Source of the DNA: Eledone cirrhosa
Taxonomy: Eukaryota
Length of the DNA stretch: 64,000 nucleotides
Assembly: GCA_964016885.1 (NCBI GenBank)
Contig: OZ024740.1
Span: forward strand, 79,298,001 to 79,362,000
Direction of reading: 5' to 3'
Position numbers and translations under genes: made by a program
Notes under the pieces: model-generated
The model's input: only the letters and a program-made list of their open reading frames with translations
The model's database searches: none
Told to the model about the DNA's origin: nothing
Shown: positions 1 through 14,243 of the stretch, one piece after another
Layout of the letters: every line of letters begins with the position of its first letter
How positions within the stretch are numbered: the first letter of the stretch is position 1

Positions 1-241
1 GTATATTTGGAGAAAATGTTATGACATGACAAAAAAATGTTCTATGAAAGTTAACATAATATATTACAGTGTTATCAACCAAGATATAAAAAGACTTCAA
101 TGTGCGATAAACATAACATGTACATAAATTGTAGCGCTTATACAAATAAATGTGTGTTTTGGTAGTTTGGAGAGAAAAATATAGCTTTTGTGGAGGGGGC
201 GGGGGTGGCCCCTTAGTTTCGCCGTCCCTATATATATATAT

Positions 242-800
242 AGGTAAGTTATTCCGGGTTGAATCGGAGGTAACCACAGTAAGTAAGGTACTCAATACAT
301 AGCAGAGTATAAAAGTTTTAATATAGATGAGATTCTACAGGACTAGAACTGTTTCATTCTTTAGAAATCATCAGGAATCTGGCTTTCCAAAATAACTGTT
401 GTGGTATTTATATCTTTTCAGGTGGTAGGAGAGGGTGGGGAGTGGGATGGGTGGAGGTCATTGGTTGAAAGAAAAGGGAATTCATTATAAGTTAATTCTT
501 TAAGGCTATAATTTATATTTAGAGTAACAAAGGCAGAAATAATTCTATAAACAAGTTCAGATTGGGGAGCCACTCCTTATTTTTAAGTTTCTCTTAGGCT
601 AACAATTTCAGGTGTCTATAAGATGGTTGGAGGTCGGTCATGGTTGATGGATTTAAAGGAAAGGGAAATTCTTTAAAAGTTAATCCTTTAAAGCTCTACT
701 TAGAGTGACAAAGGCCAAGAGAATTCTATAAACCAGTTCAAAATATTGGGTACCTATCATATCATTATTGTCATGTTTCTCTTAAGCTAAATTCCAGGTG
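242..800 (-). mobile_element. PLE 3' UTR/pLTR remnant, family C, with ~190-bp internal tandem duplication
   Basis: Carries a minus-strand HHR; similar to 43514-43662 and 21627-21810; flanked by (TA)n/(CA)n. Confidence 0.75.
331..379 (-). ncRNA. Type I hammerhead ribozyme (family C)
   Basis: Minus strand: gattc-CTGATGA-tttctaaagaat-GAAA-cag ttctagtc ctg-TA-gaatc; stems I and III pair; GUA site. Confidence 0.88.
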
Positions 801-810
801 TCAACAGACA

Positions 811-1003
<193 letters not shown>

Positions 1004-1154
1004 ACACGGGTGTGTATGATTGTGTATAGAAGATTATATTAATAAAAAGAATTCCAACTTTCTCTGATTTACTCGTTTTATTTACAATCCTTTAAAATTT
1101 ATAATGGTATTATAATGAAATAGTATGATAGAATATTAAATGTTAAGTGTTAAT

Positions 1155-1193
1155 TGAACAAGTACTTTCATGCTTTCGCAATCTTCGGGTTCA
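1155..1193 (-). ncRNA. Minimal hammerhead ribozyme (U4C core variant)
   Basis: Minus strand: tgaac-CCGAAGA-ttgc gaaa gcat-GAAA-gtac-TT-gttca; palindromic stem III loop. Confidence 0.8.
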
Positions 1194-1661
1194 TAATGTG
1201 TGGTGACAGTCAAGTTTGTAATTTTCAACTGTAATGAGATGGGTAAATTTTGTACCTTATATACAGTGAAAAGTGGCTACAGATTGCTAAATCTTGCAAA
1301 CTGTATTTCGACCAATCGGTGTGTAGTTTCACTGAATTACTAAAGCTGATTGGTTTAGGCGTCACGGTTGGTTGAGCATGTCTAACGACTACTAATTGAT
1401 CCTATCCAAAACATCAATTATTTTGCTATTTTTAGAAATGATGAAAATAGCATTTTCTAGTAATCATCACTATCAACATCACTTTTATTATTATTATTAT
1501 TATTATTGTTGTTGTTGTTAGTGGGCGTAGTCGACATGGTCGTAGTCATAGTCATATAAGGAGAAATATATTCCATTATTATTGTTCATTTAGCTTGGGT
1601 TTGAATTTATCAATAAAATTCTTTTCTTTGATTTTTCTCTTGATTTCACTTGGGCTGTTTT

Positions 1662-1976
1662 GAAAAACAAGATGGCGTAGGACAGAACAAAGGAGAGGCA
1701 CAAAAACAAAGAAAATAATCCACAGTCCCTGAAGAGGTCACAGAATATGTGACGAAAGAACTTTGACAATATATAAACAATCATCTGGTTGTGGAACCAA
1801 CCAACCAGCCAGAAATGTATAAATTCCTAAATTTACAAATTTATTATAATAAATTGAAGTGAAAGCAACTGGTGCGTGTGTTTCTTATTGGCAACATGAC
1901 CCTCCCAAAGTATAACAATATCCGTTTCAACACACGTTTTCAGATAAAGAATCTTGCTAAACAAATTCAGAAACGA
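1662..1976 (+). mobile_element. Solo pLTR with tail, PLE family A
   Basis: Near-identical to 20725-21050 and 45825-46142; contains HHR 1725-1767. Confidence 0.85.
1725..1767 (+). ncRNA. Minimal hammerhead ribozyme (family A)
   Basis: gtcc-CTGAAGA-g gtcac agaatat gtgac-GAAA-gaac-TT-tgac; sibling copies have gtca/tgac stem I. Confidence 0.8.
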
Positions 1977-2031
1977 TATATATACATACACATACATATA
2001 CATACACATATATATACATATATACATACAC

Positions 2032-2068
<37 letters not shown>

Positions 2069-2183
2069 GTTTTGCGAGGTTTTTGATATGAAATCGTGTG
2101 TCGAAACAAATATTGTTATACTTGGGGAGGGTCATATTTGTGTAATATTGCCAGAATTAATAACAGAACACATTCACTGTTTG

Positions 2184-3489
2184 GGCCACATATTCAAGTT
2201 CAACGAGAAGATCTACACCCAAAATGAGGGAGCAGCCATTGGCGTCAGCATAGCTGGTGAGTTTGCCAACCTTTTTATGGTATGCTGGGAAAGGAGACTT
2301 AAAGATCTCCTTGATGAGAGCTCCATAGACCTCATCATGTACTCTCGTTACGTAGACGATATCAATATAGTAATAAGAACATCCCCACAAGAGAGCATTA
2401 ACAAGTTTGATTTAGAACGTAGCACAATGGAAAGCATCCAGCAGATAGCTAATTCCATACACCAGAGTATAACTGTAACTATCGACTACCCTTCCAAACA
2501 CCCTAACAATAGACTACCTGTATTAGACACGGAACTCTGGATTAACACTATAGACGAGAGAGCCCAAATTCTCCACTCACACTATGCTAAACCCATGGCC
2601 TCCAAACACCTAAAAAACTCAGCAATGCTAAGTTTAATATTCTGATCGCAGACTTGGTACGAGTGATGAAGAACGTGTCCCGCATGTGCGACCCAACAGA
2701 AATGGAAAGACACATCCAAAACTTCATCAACCGCGTGCAGTTCTCTGGCTACAACCAAAGAGACAGAATCAGAATATACGAAGGAGCCACGGAGAAGTAT
2801 AAGACCCTCATAGAACTGGACATGAAATGAATTTGCCCATTATACAGGAGCAAATCATGGAATAGCTTAGATAGGGCTAGACATAAGATAGGGAAAGCAA
2901 CCTCATGGTACGACAACCAGAGATACCAGAGTGACATGTTTGTGGACGCTACCCCTGGAGGGAAATTAGCTAACCAGTGTGGAAAGGCCCTGAGAAAGAC
3001 CCACTTAAAGATTAAGGTGGTAGAAAAGCCAGGAACCACCATAAAATCCCTGATCAGCAAAACCTACCCTTTTAAGAAAACCCACTGTACTAATAGGAAA
3101 TGTATCATATGTAATTTAAACCCCGGATAAACTGTAAAACTAGAAACCTAGTCTATAGCATAAGATGTACAGAGGGTACTTGCAGAAACATGACAACAAC
3201 ATACATAGGCGAGACAGCGCGTAGCATAGGTGAAAGGATAGACCAACACTGAGGGGAACTAAAAGGACGAAAAAACGGTTCAGTACTATACGAACATGCC
3301 AGACAACAACATGACGGTAACATAGACAACATAGAAATTAGAATAATATCTAAACATAGAAATGACCCAGCAGATAGGCAAATCAGAGAGGCCAGTGAAA
3401 TAGAACTTAGAAGGCCAAGGCTAAACAGAAAGAATGAGTGGAATAACAACAACACCCAAACGAACAACAGTGACCTAAGAGAAGCATAA
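2184..3489 (+). pseudogene. Disrupted PLE RT (domain 4 to thumb) plus GIY-YIG endonuclease
   Basis: ORF pieces 2088-2645 and 2936-3130 plus downstream frame; stops and frameshifts relative to sibling ORF 43977-44678. Confidence 0.9.
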
Positions 3490-3751
3490 ATAAATAAATA
3501 AATAAATAGATAAATAAATAAATACATACACAAGCACAATAACAACAAACACATATAACACACACACTAGTAAAGATAGAATACATTAACCAATACACAG
3601 TCACCCAAACACGAACACACATAAAACAAAACACTATACACACACGCAAACGCATGCGCAAAGAAGACAAAAAAATAAACAAATAAATAAATATATAAAC
3701 AGACTAAATAAAGATGGCGTAGACATACGATGCAACGGGAGGAAACAATAG

Positions 3752-3795
3752 CACCACTGATGATGTTGCAGATGTGCAACGAAAGAACTTTGATA
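3752..3795 (+). ncRNA. Hammerhead ribozyme (family B)
   Basis: cca-CTGATGA-t gttgca gatg tgcaac-GAAA-gaac-TT-tga; stem I weak. Confidence 0.72.
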
Positions 3796-3984
3796 GACTA
3801 TATATATGTGTTTGTGTCTATATTGTATCTGTATATTTTGACCGTTGGTCAGTCAATGGCAACATTGAGGACTGAATAAATTAAATTAACCGATATAAAA
3901 GACTCAGAAGCGAAAAGCGAAAACCAACCAAACAGTGAGTGTGTTCTGTTATTAATTCTGGCAATATTACACAAATATGACCCT

Positions 3985-4061
<77 letters not shown>

Positions 4062-4074
4062 TATATACATATAT

Positions 4075-4682
4075 ATGGTGGCTGCCAACTCGTTTTCGAG
4101 TACGGCCACTACTTTATATCCATGTAGGAGAACCCCTACCGATGCGCTGAACGAGTGTGACTTTTTAGTCCAGCCAGCGACTTGAAAACTCTGGTACAAA
4201 CACTACACTTGTGACACTTATTGACACATAGTGCTGGGCCCATGTTACCATGTGATGACAAGTGCAGAGAGATCTCCAGATATAAAGCAATGCCTGTGCC
4301 GTGAAGCTTTTATAGTGAGCAAAGGCACTCCACAAAGCCAGTCACACTCTATTAACCAAGATGATATTTACCAAAAAGAAGAACAAGTCAACATCATTGG
4401 ATACCATCAGGGTTGCAGGTGTTATATCAGAGTTTTCCTTCTCCTAGAATTCTGCATTGACAAAGGCTAAGGGGTCATCTCTCCCGGTGATTTTGGATGG
4501 CCATTGACTCTTAAGAGATCCTTTGCCCTTTGACAGGTTTAGTTTTTAGTCCGGCAGGATGTCCAAAGTCACCCTCCTCACCAAGAAACCTTGGTGGGGT
4601 TGCCAGTTTAGTCGCCAACGACCCGACCATGAGACAGGTTGTACTGGGATACATGTTACCAGTAGCACCAAGTGGTGACCAT
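4075..4682 (-). mobile_element. Non-autonomous element resembling an RTE-LINE 5' region
   Basis: Diverged second copy at 6185-6700; minus strand has ctaggagaaggaaaactctgat, typical of RTE 5' UTRs; inside (TA)n. Confidence 0.55.
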
Positions 4683-4738
4683 ATATATACACATATACAC
4701 ATATACATATATACATACATATATACACACATACATAC

Positions 4739-5789
<1,051 letters not shown>

Positions 5790-6124
5790 AACATACACAA
5801 ACATGCCCATATGCAGGTACATATGAACGCACGTACACACAGCGATATGCATACAAACGAACGGCCACTCATACAAATACATACAAACATGTACTCATAA
5901 ATATATGCATATACACAGGTACATAGAAACGGCTCTACAGGCAGAAAATGCAGATAGGTAAGAGGTACTTACACAACCATTGTGCCGTGTTTCAGGTTGA
6001 GGAGGGGTAGGGTGGGGTGGAAATGAGGTAGAGGGGCTATTTTGTCGGCTGGCGTTTAAAAAAAAAGGGGGGGGGAGTCGTTTTTAGCCATCGGGCATTA
6101 ACACTGGCTTAAGGTATTTGAAAG

Positions 6125-6184
<60 letters not shown>

Positions 6185-6188
<4 letters not shown>

Positions 6189-6700
6189 TGGTTGCAAACT
6201 CTGCTGAGAGTATTGCAATCGCTTGTCAGATTACAGAAAATGGTGCACCTTTAGGCTACGGTCAGCCACACGAACCTGTAACAGATCCTGAACAAACAAT
6301 GCCTGTACTTTGAAGGTTTTTTAAGTGGGGAAAGGCCTTGCACTCGACCAATCCCATTCTCTGAGCATCGCAAACATTACCCGAAAAGGAGAACTGGTCA
6401 ACATCATCGGATGCTTCCGAAGCTGCAGGTTTATTTTTCAGAGTTTCCCTCTCCTAGAAAGGTGTTGTAACAACAACTGGGGGCCTTTCACTCCCAGGTG
6501 GAAAATAAAGTACTATTTGGATGGCCGTTGACTCTGCTGAGTTCCTCCGCCTTTTGCCGGGTCTTGTATTTTATCCCGCAGGGTGTCCAAATATCACCCC
6601 CCCCCCTCACCAAGCAAGCTTGGTGGGCTTGCGACGACCTGACCATGAGACAAGTTGTACTGGGTTGCATGTTACCAGTAGCACTCGAGAGCCACCTGTA
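6185..6700 (-). mobile_element. Second RTE-5'-like non-autonomous element
   Basis: Similar to 4075-4682 (aagcaatgcctgt..., catgttaccagtagcac). Confidence 0.55.
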
Positions 6701-7089
6701 TGATATGTATGATATGTATAAATATATATATATATATATTCATACATATATGGATTTTCTCGTCGAGACCAATGTGTCAGTACTGAACAACCAGCACCAA
6801 GACTTTACTCTAATTGAAATACGTGTGTGCAGAGCCTATACTGCTCACTCCTCTTAGTTGTATAGTCTGAATTGGGACAGATTGTGCCTCGTGCCAGACA
6901 CAGCATCTAGAAAGAAAATACCCGCCAAAATCGATATATTTCATCCTTATCGTTTTAGTCTACAACGGATGTGAAATTTCTGTAATCAAAGTTTGTCTAA
7001 TGATATTTTTAAGCAAACATTATTCACAGTTGTAAAAATAACATTACAAATTTTTCACAATTCTTACAGAATGAAGATATATACACGTA

Positions 7090-7281
7090 TAATTGTTTCT
7101 ACTTTTGACACAAGGCCAGCAATTATCCCAGTACATTAATGGTGCTTTATTTTATCGACCCCGTAAGGATGAAAGGCAAAGTTAATCTCAGCGGGATTTG
7201 AACTCAGAACATAAAGGGCCGTAACTCTACACTGCAAAGCATAGCGTCCGACCCTCTACTGATACTGCCAATCCACCGACC
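7090..7281 (-). mobile_element. tRNA-derived SINE with Meta-type central domain
   Basis: Reverse complement of the 8663-8850 family; A box tggcagtatcgg, B box gagttcaaatcc, core gcctttcatccttacggggtcgataaa. Confidence 0.88.
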
Positions 7282-8662
7282 TATATAACCACATATAATA
7301 AATACAATCAACTATTGCTAGGAACTTCACAAATATAAAGTACCAAAATATACGACCAGAGCGAGAGAAAGAAGGAAAAAAAGCAAACAAAAACGATAAC
7401 GACTATCAAACCTTCTTGAAAAGTAGGGAGCAACACTGTGGTAGCAACATATGAAAACTTAGAAAATGGTAATTGAGGGGGAAGATTTAATAACTTTTAC
7501 ACTTTTAAACTGGTGTTTGGAACATAATTCAACAAAGGTTCTTACATAAAATTATGATGGTAGGTTTTTAAATAAATATAAACATTTTAAAAGAAACATT
7601 TTTGTAATGGAGAATCAGGGGCGATTTGAGGCAGTTTAGTATCTAAAGGGTTAACGAACCCATTTAGATATTTCCTGCTAAAAGTTTACAGGATGTTAAG
7701 ATTTTTAAAGAAATTATTCAACATGGTTTATAAGATGAAAAGGACCACTCTCCTCCACCCAAAAAGGATTTTTTAAAAATGAAAAAAAAAAAAAATTCAT
7801 AGAATATTTACAATGCTATTTACAATCTGGCTTCTGACCAGTAAGCATTCAAACCTATATCTATCATTCTAAAAACTACCAATCAATCTTCTACTATGAT
7901 TGATAATTTATTTTGCTGTTCCAAATAACTAATATATTTGTTGATAATTTGAAAGATATGTTTGAGGTGTCATCATCATCATCATCATCATGTTCATTAT
8001 CATTCTTGTGTTGTTTGTTTTTTCAATACTGGCATAGGTTGGACTAAACAAAAATGAGTCACTGAAAATAAAATGTGCTCCAAGCAAGTCTGATTTTGAA
8101 CAATTGGTGAACTAATACAGTTTCTGTTTGCTTTTCAGTATGCATAGACAGGTTCACACAATCATCTACCTACATTACCTTATCAATAGTTAAGTAATGT
8201 CATAGTATGAGTTCTCATATTTCACTGAAATCACCACCAAGTGCGACAATCGGCCATACATCACGACAGAAAATCAGGGCTCAAGCTGTTGTTTGTATCA
8301 GTCATGTTTTCAATTACTAGGAATACTATGATGACTTGCCAGGGATCTCACATACACGCCAATGCTGAAAAAGGTCCACAGCATTTGCTGGAAAACATAT
8401 GTAGCAACTAAATCTCCTTTCTGCTTTCCTAGACATCTATATCTGCCCTTTTTAACTCCTTCCTCGCTCTGTTTATTACTTAATTTTGTATTTATCTTTT
8501 TATGCTCATATTTCCATCATTGTATAACTTCTTTTTGTAAAATATAGTTGACATGTTTTTGATTGATTAAATAAAAAGATTTTTCACTATTTTAGTTAAT
8601 TGTTCTAGCAGAGTCAGTTAGAGACGTAGAGTTACTCTAAAGTACATTATTACATTATATAC

Positions 8663-8850
8663 GGCGGTGGATTGGCAGTATCGGTAGAGGCTCGGACGCC
8701 ATGCTTTCAAGCATAGTTACGTCCCTTTACGATCTGAGTTCAAATCCTGCCGAGGTTGACTTTGCCTTTCATCCTTACGGGGTCGATAAAATAAAGTACC
8801 AGTAATGCACTGGGTAATTGCTGGCCTTGTGCCTAAAGTAGAAACAATTA
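8663..8850 (+). mobile_element. Full-length SINE with 17-bp TSD
   Basis: Pol III A/B boxes; attattacattatatac at 8646-8662 and 8847-8863. Confidence 0.92.
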
Positions 8851-9539
8851 TTACATTATATACCCCTATATAAAACTATATCGGTCATACTTCCGATATT
8901 GTAGACTGTTCCCCTTGCCTCTCACACACATTCCTGGCTTTGTGTGTCAGAAACAATTATAAACTCTATTATATTCTATATTATGTACTACATTACGTTC
9001 TATACCACCCTCACTCATTTACTATATAGATACACAGTGTGTATGTATGTATATGTGTGTATCGTTGTGTGTATGTGTGTATGTGCGTGTATGTGTTTGT
9101 GGGTGGGTGTCAATCAACATTCTATAATCGTTGATATACTGACCCAATTGATCTAAATGATATATTAACCTCTATTAATTATTAAAACCTAATACTTATT
9201 TCAGGTAGTTGCTAATTTTAGACACGAATATTACATAGCACATCACAAAACGGATAAATAGTTGGCTTGTGCTTTTCTATGAATTTATAATGAAATAATA
9301 CTGTCAAGAGACAGAGAAAGGTATCAGAATAGAATCTGAACTATTTCTGGTAAAATAAACTCAAGAATGTATCTAATATACGAAAGGAAAAGGTGAACAA
9401 TACATAGGAGGGGAAAGGACAATGACTTGGTACATAAGAACTGAATGTTTATAACATATTCATGGTAAATATCAAAGCGAAACAGTAGAATCTAAAGAAA
9501 GTAGTGGTGGTCTGTATCGGCAAATAGTGTTTGTGTGTG

Positions 9540-9848
9540 TGCTGGATCTCCGTCGGTTTCGGAGATAAGGGTTCTAATCGATTCGATTAACGGAACAGTC
9601 AGCTCTTGAAATTAATGTGTATCTATCTGTGAGCATTCCATAGACTCGTGTATTCTTAACATAGTTCTCATGGATATTTAACATGACACAGTATATGACA
9701 ATGCTAGCCGTTTGAATTATTTTCACCCAGTTGACTGAACTGGGTCAACGTGGAATAAAATGTTTTGCCCAAGGACACAACGCACCGCTGGAAAGAAAAC
9801 CTGTGACCTTACGATCGTGAGTCAGACACCCAAACCACTAAGCCACGT
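9540..9848 (-). mobile_element. Older tRNA-derived SINE, second family
   Basis: ttgcccaaggacacaacgc...gtgaccttacgatcgtgag...accactaagccacg; related fragment at 39650-39780. Confidence 0.6.
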
Positions 9849-10148
9849 ACTTTCATGATCGTCAGCAAATAGTAAATAGCGGTAAATTGGTTGAGCCGTT
9901 AGAGCATAAGATAGAAGCAAATTCCGCCATGGCTTATCTGAGTGGTTCACTTAATTCATGGCCCGGTTTAACATCACCATCTGGATCATGGATGTATTTA
10001 GCGGAGTCCAGTGTGCAGCAATAATACGGACCAGGTCTCCGATATGGTTATACCTTCATCCCGCGTTCCTTGGTCCTTGACTAAACAGTAAGAAAACATT
10101 ACAAATGTTATGAAGTAGATTATATTTATTTGCTGTGAAAAAGCGGAG

Positions 10149-10183
10149 AGTTCTGACGAAGGGCACTGCTCAAAACGTCAAAC
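10149..10183 (+). ncRNA. Degenerate minimal hammerhead
   Basis: gtt-CTGACGA-a gggc act gctc-AAAA-cg-TC-aaac; G12 mutated. Confidence 0.5.
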
Positions 10184-11229
10184 CTTTCTACTCGTCCTCA
10201 CAACAGACTCGTGAACCTTTGTTTCAAATAGTGTAGGGAGAAGGAAGGGAAGGTACTCATAACACTCCCAGGGCCTCTGAGACTGATGAGATTTATTTTA
10301 TTCGACTGATATTCAGTTTGCTTGAAAAAATAAATAAGACCTCCATTGTGGCCGACCGAGATAATCAGAATAGCAATAAAATCTCCCTCAAATTACACCC
10401 ACCCTCTTAATGAAAGAAAAGACACGAATGACAATATAGTCCAGTGTATATTAAACTTCTAAAAAAAGACGAGATAAACACAATATATTAATGAACTGCC
10501 AAGGCCTCGGAGAGAGGTTTTGCAAGGTGGAACAAGACTGCTTTCGGGCCCGGTGGTGGGATAACTTCTCTTAAAATTCAAGAAGGTTGTGAGGCTTAAA
10601 AAAAAATAGGGCTAGTCAGGTATTCACTGGCACTTCTTTGTGTGTCCGGGTTCTTATAAGCACCGAATGTTGCTTTCTACTTGTAGCAATCTCTGAATCA
10701 TGGTCCCCTCCCCCTTATTTCTGCCCCGGAAGTCCCACGAAGTTCATAGGGCAATGCTCTGCTTCATCTGATGAAGCCATAGAAATTAACAATATGCAAA
10801 ATTAACGATATACATATGTAAATACAGAAAATGTGGAAGAGTTAAAAACAACTTCAAGACAGGAACAATTGTAGGGGGAGGAGCAAAGAGTAAAGACGAA
10901 TCAAGAAGTTCTAGTTAATATTTCATTGTTTTCGTAATGTTTGTGTTAACATATTTAATGTATTAAAACTATAATTATGAGGTGAGGGAAAAAGAATATT
11001 AGCCAATGACTAATGTTACTTGTGTCTGCGATTGGGTTTGGTGAAGTTGAATTTCATGGATTTGATGTCCTACTTCAAAGTGTCGTATTTTGCCATCCAT
11101 TCTCCCCATTCCATACTGCGACATCCTAGTTCCATATTTCCATACTGTGTCACTGAAGCTCCCCAGAGTGCCACAGTACCATAGTGCGGCACTCTAGCTA
11201 TGAAGTGCCGTATTTTCCACCCTATCTCC

Positions 11230-11885
11230 CCATTTAATCCGGCACTTATCCTTATAAATATTAATCCAGCACTGACCCTTATTATTTTTAATCCGGTACT
11301 ACCCTTATTAGTTTTCATCCGGCATTGATCATTAGTGTTTTTAATCCGGCACTTAACTTTATTATTTTTAATCCGGCACTAATCCATAGTGATTTTAATC
11401 CGGCATTAACACCTTTTAAATCTGGCACTAGCACTTATTGTTTGTAATCTGGGACTGACATTTATTATTTTTAATCCGGCACTGATCCTTATTATTTTTT
11501 ATCCGGCACTGATCTTTATTATTTTTGATCCGGCAGTCATCCTCATTATTTTTAATCTGGCACATATCCTTATTAATTTTAATCCGGTACTGTTTAATCC
11601 GGCACTTAAATTTACAATTTTAAATCCAGCACTTATCCATAATAATTTTTATCCAGCACTGTCCATTATTATTTTTAATCCGGCATTTACTCTTATAAAT
11701 TTTAATCCGGCACTGATCATTAGTGTTTTTAATCCGGCACTTATCCTTATTAATTTTAATCCGGCACTGACCATAATTATTTTTAATCCGACACTCATCA
11801 TTAGTGTTTTTAATCCGGGACTTAAACTTATTTTTAATCCGGCAACGATCATTTGTGTTTTTAATCCATATTTTAATCCATATTT
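11230..11885. repeat. Minisatellite, ~30-bp unit (ttttaatccggcactgatc(c/a)ttattatt), ~21 diverged copies
   Basis: aatccggca recurs about every 30 nt. Confidence 0.95.
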
Positions 11886-12393
11886 TACCATCCTATGTTC
11901 CCAGTACCACACTGTCCCTTAACAGAATCTTAAGACGATTATGATGATGATGATGATTATGATGCTGTTTTGGAAGATGATGGTGATGATGATGATGTTT
12001 TGGGTGATGATGGTGATGATGAGCATAGTTTTTTTACACCATCGCTCTTCCTCCCTTTTACACACTCATACATTCACACTCACACACACTTACACACACA
12101 CACACACAAGGGCCTTGTTTCAGGGGGGTACCAGGGGACAAGTCCCCCACTACCACCACTTTTTCAAACGTCTGTATTTTATGTTTTGCTTATTTGATAA
12201 TAAATTCTTTTTAAGCTTATTTTTTTATATCTCAACTTCATTTGAATATATAAAGTTTAATTAACGTAAACTTTTACTGATGTGATAGGGTCCGGGAAAG
12301 GCACCATAAACAATACTAGCATGCTCCTTTAAGAATCAACAAATGGTGGTTTGTACCCCTCACATTTTTAAGGCAAACGAAGACCCTGCATAC

Positions 12394-12459
<66 letters not shown>

Positions 12460-13652
12460 ACATATATATACCCACACAGAGCTTTGTGCAAAAGCTGAAA
12501 CGCCATTTTTTTTCCGCCGTAGAATTTTCACCATCCCCCTTCCTTCGTTTTAACTCATTCATGTCAGGACGGACACGATTCGACTTTTATTTATATAAAA
12601 AGATTTATTCATTTAAAACAAAAACAACAAAAACAATAACAAAAAAAAAAGAAAGAAATAATAAACTTTTATTAAAATGCGGAATATACAGTGGTTCAGG
12701 GAAGAAATATTTCAGGGACTCCATCTGTATGAAAAACAATAGTTAAGTTAGTATTAACATATTTTGAGATGACTTCAGCACTAAAATTATTATACATTTA
12801 CGTCTATATAACGTTTCTCATACTTTGCCAATATTTCTCAGCCTGTTACACACACATGCACACACACATACACACACACACACATATATACACACACGCA
12901 CATACATACACACACATATATACACACACATCTTTTATTTTTTCCTCCCTCTCTTTCTCACCCAATTTAGTCTATTCTGTTAACATAGTTTTGATTCTGT
13001 TACTCAGAGATACACACCCAACCATAACTCTCTCTCTCTTCCTTCCTTTCTCACAACCTCGCCCTTTCTCTCTCAACATTCCTCCCCCCTCTCTCTCTCT
13101 TCCTTCCTTTCTCACAACCTCGCCCTTTCTCTCTCTCTCTTCCTTCCTTTCTCACAACCTCGCCCTCCTCTCTCGCCCTTCCCCTCTCTCATTCACTCCC
13201 TCTCTCTCGCCTTCTATACTGTCAACAATCTCAGTAAATATACACTCTGATGACCTCCACCTCCGCACCATACAGAAATAAAAGTGAATATTCTACGAGT
13301 GATATTTAATATCAAGACTTTGCATTTCTGATGGTTTAGATAACACACACACATACTATGTATATATATATATGTATGTCAATATATATATATATGTTTC
13401 TATACATACATATACATACATATATATATACGATATTAACAAATGGAAACTATATTTATAAAACCATATTTATTTCATTATACATATTTCAAGGACACCA
13501 AGTTAAATTATGGTATGCTTTCATCAGATAAAATATAATATAGATCAGTTTTATAAATAAATATTGACATACCCTTAAAAAATGCAACCATTACTGTTGG
13601 AAGCTCCCGGATAGTGGAGTTGAAGCTTAATTATATTATTATTAGTATTGGA

Positions 13653-13900
13653 GGCGGTGGATTGGCAGAATCGGTAGAGGGTTGGACGCCATGCTTTGAC
13701 GCATAGAGTTACGGCCCTTGTCATTCTGAGTTCAAATCCCGCCGAGGTTAACTTTGACGCATAGAGTTACGGCCCTTGTCATTCTGAGTTCAAATCCCGC
13801 CGAGGTTAACTTTGCCTTTCATCCTGACGGGGTCGATAAAATAAAGTACCAGTAATACACTGGGATAATTGCTGGCCTTGTGCCAAAAGTAGAAACAATT
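13653..13900 (+). mobile_element. SINE with 58-bp internal tandem duplication and 18-bp TSD
   Basis: TSD attattattagtattgga at 13635-13652 and 13898-13915; 13694-13751 repeated at 13752-13809. Confidence 0.92.
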
Positions 13901-13981
13901 ATTATTAGTATTGGATATTTTTATTTTTAAAATAAGCCGTTGGGTTACGGAGAAAGAGAAAGATAAAGAAGGAGAGAGAGA

Positions 13982-14016
<35 letters not shown>

Positions 14017-14182
14017 CCAAAACAATAGAGAGAGAAAGATATATATAGAGAGAGAGGAGACAGAGAGAAGGGGGGAGAACGAAAAACTCTAAGTCATATC
14101 TTGTTGAGTTAACTTAACAATTGGGATGAAATGAATAAATAAAAAATAATCATGAATGGAATATACATATATAATATACCAA

Positions 14183-14243
<61 letters not shown>

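Larger units (their letters stand above)
2068..3987 (+). mobile_element. 5'-truncated Penelope-like element, family B, with inverted 5' pLTR plus tail
   Basis: RT motifs GAAIG...YSRYVDD; GIY-YIG motifs VYSIRC/TYIGET; 2125-2184 is the reverse complement of 3928-3987; (TA)n on both sides. Confidence 0.93.

Noticed and set aside
2088-2183. N-terminus of the 185-aa ORF
   Set aside because: Comes from the inverted pLTR/tail, not native RT.
10761-10795. Hammerhead at ctgatgaagccatagaaa
   Set aside because: No stem II, III or I pairing.
7300-11000. Host exons in the low-repeat stretch
   Set aside because: No ORF with recognisable homology or convincing paired splice sites; small exons cannot be excluded.
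11230-11885. CRISPR-like repeat-spacer array
   Set aside because: Units are contiguous degenerate tandem repeats with no unique spacers; eukaryotic context and no cas genes.
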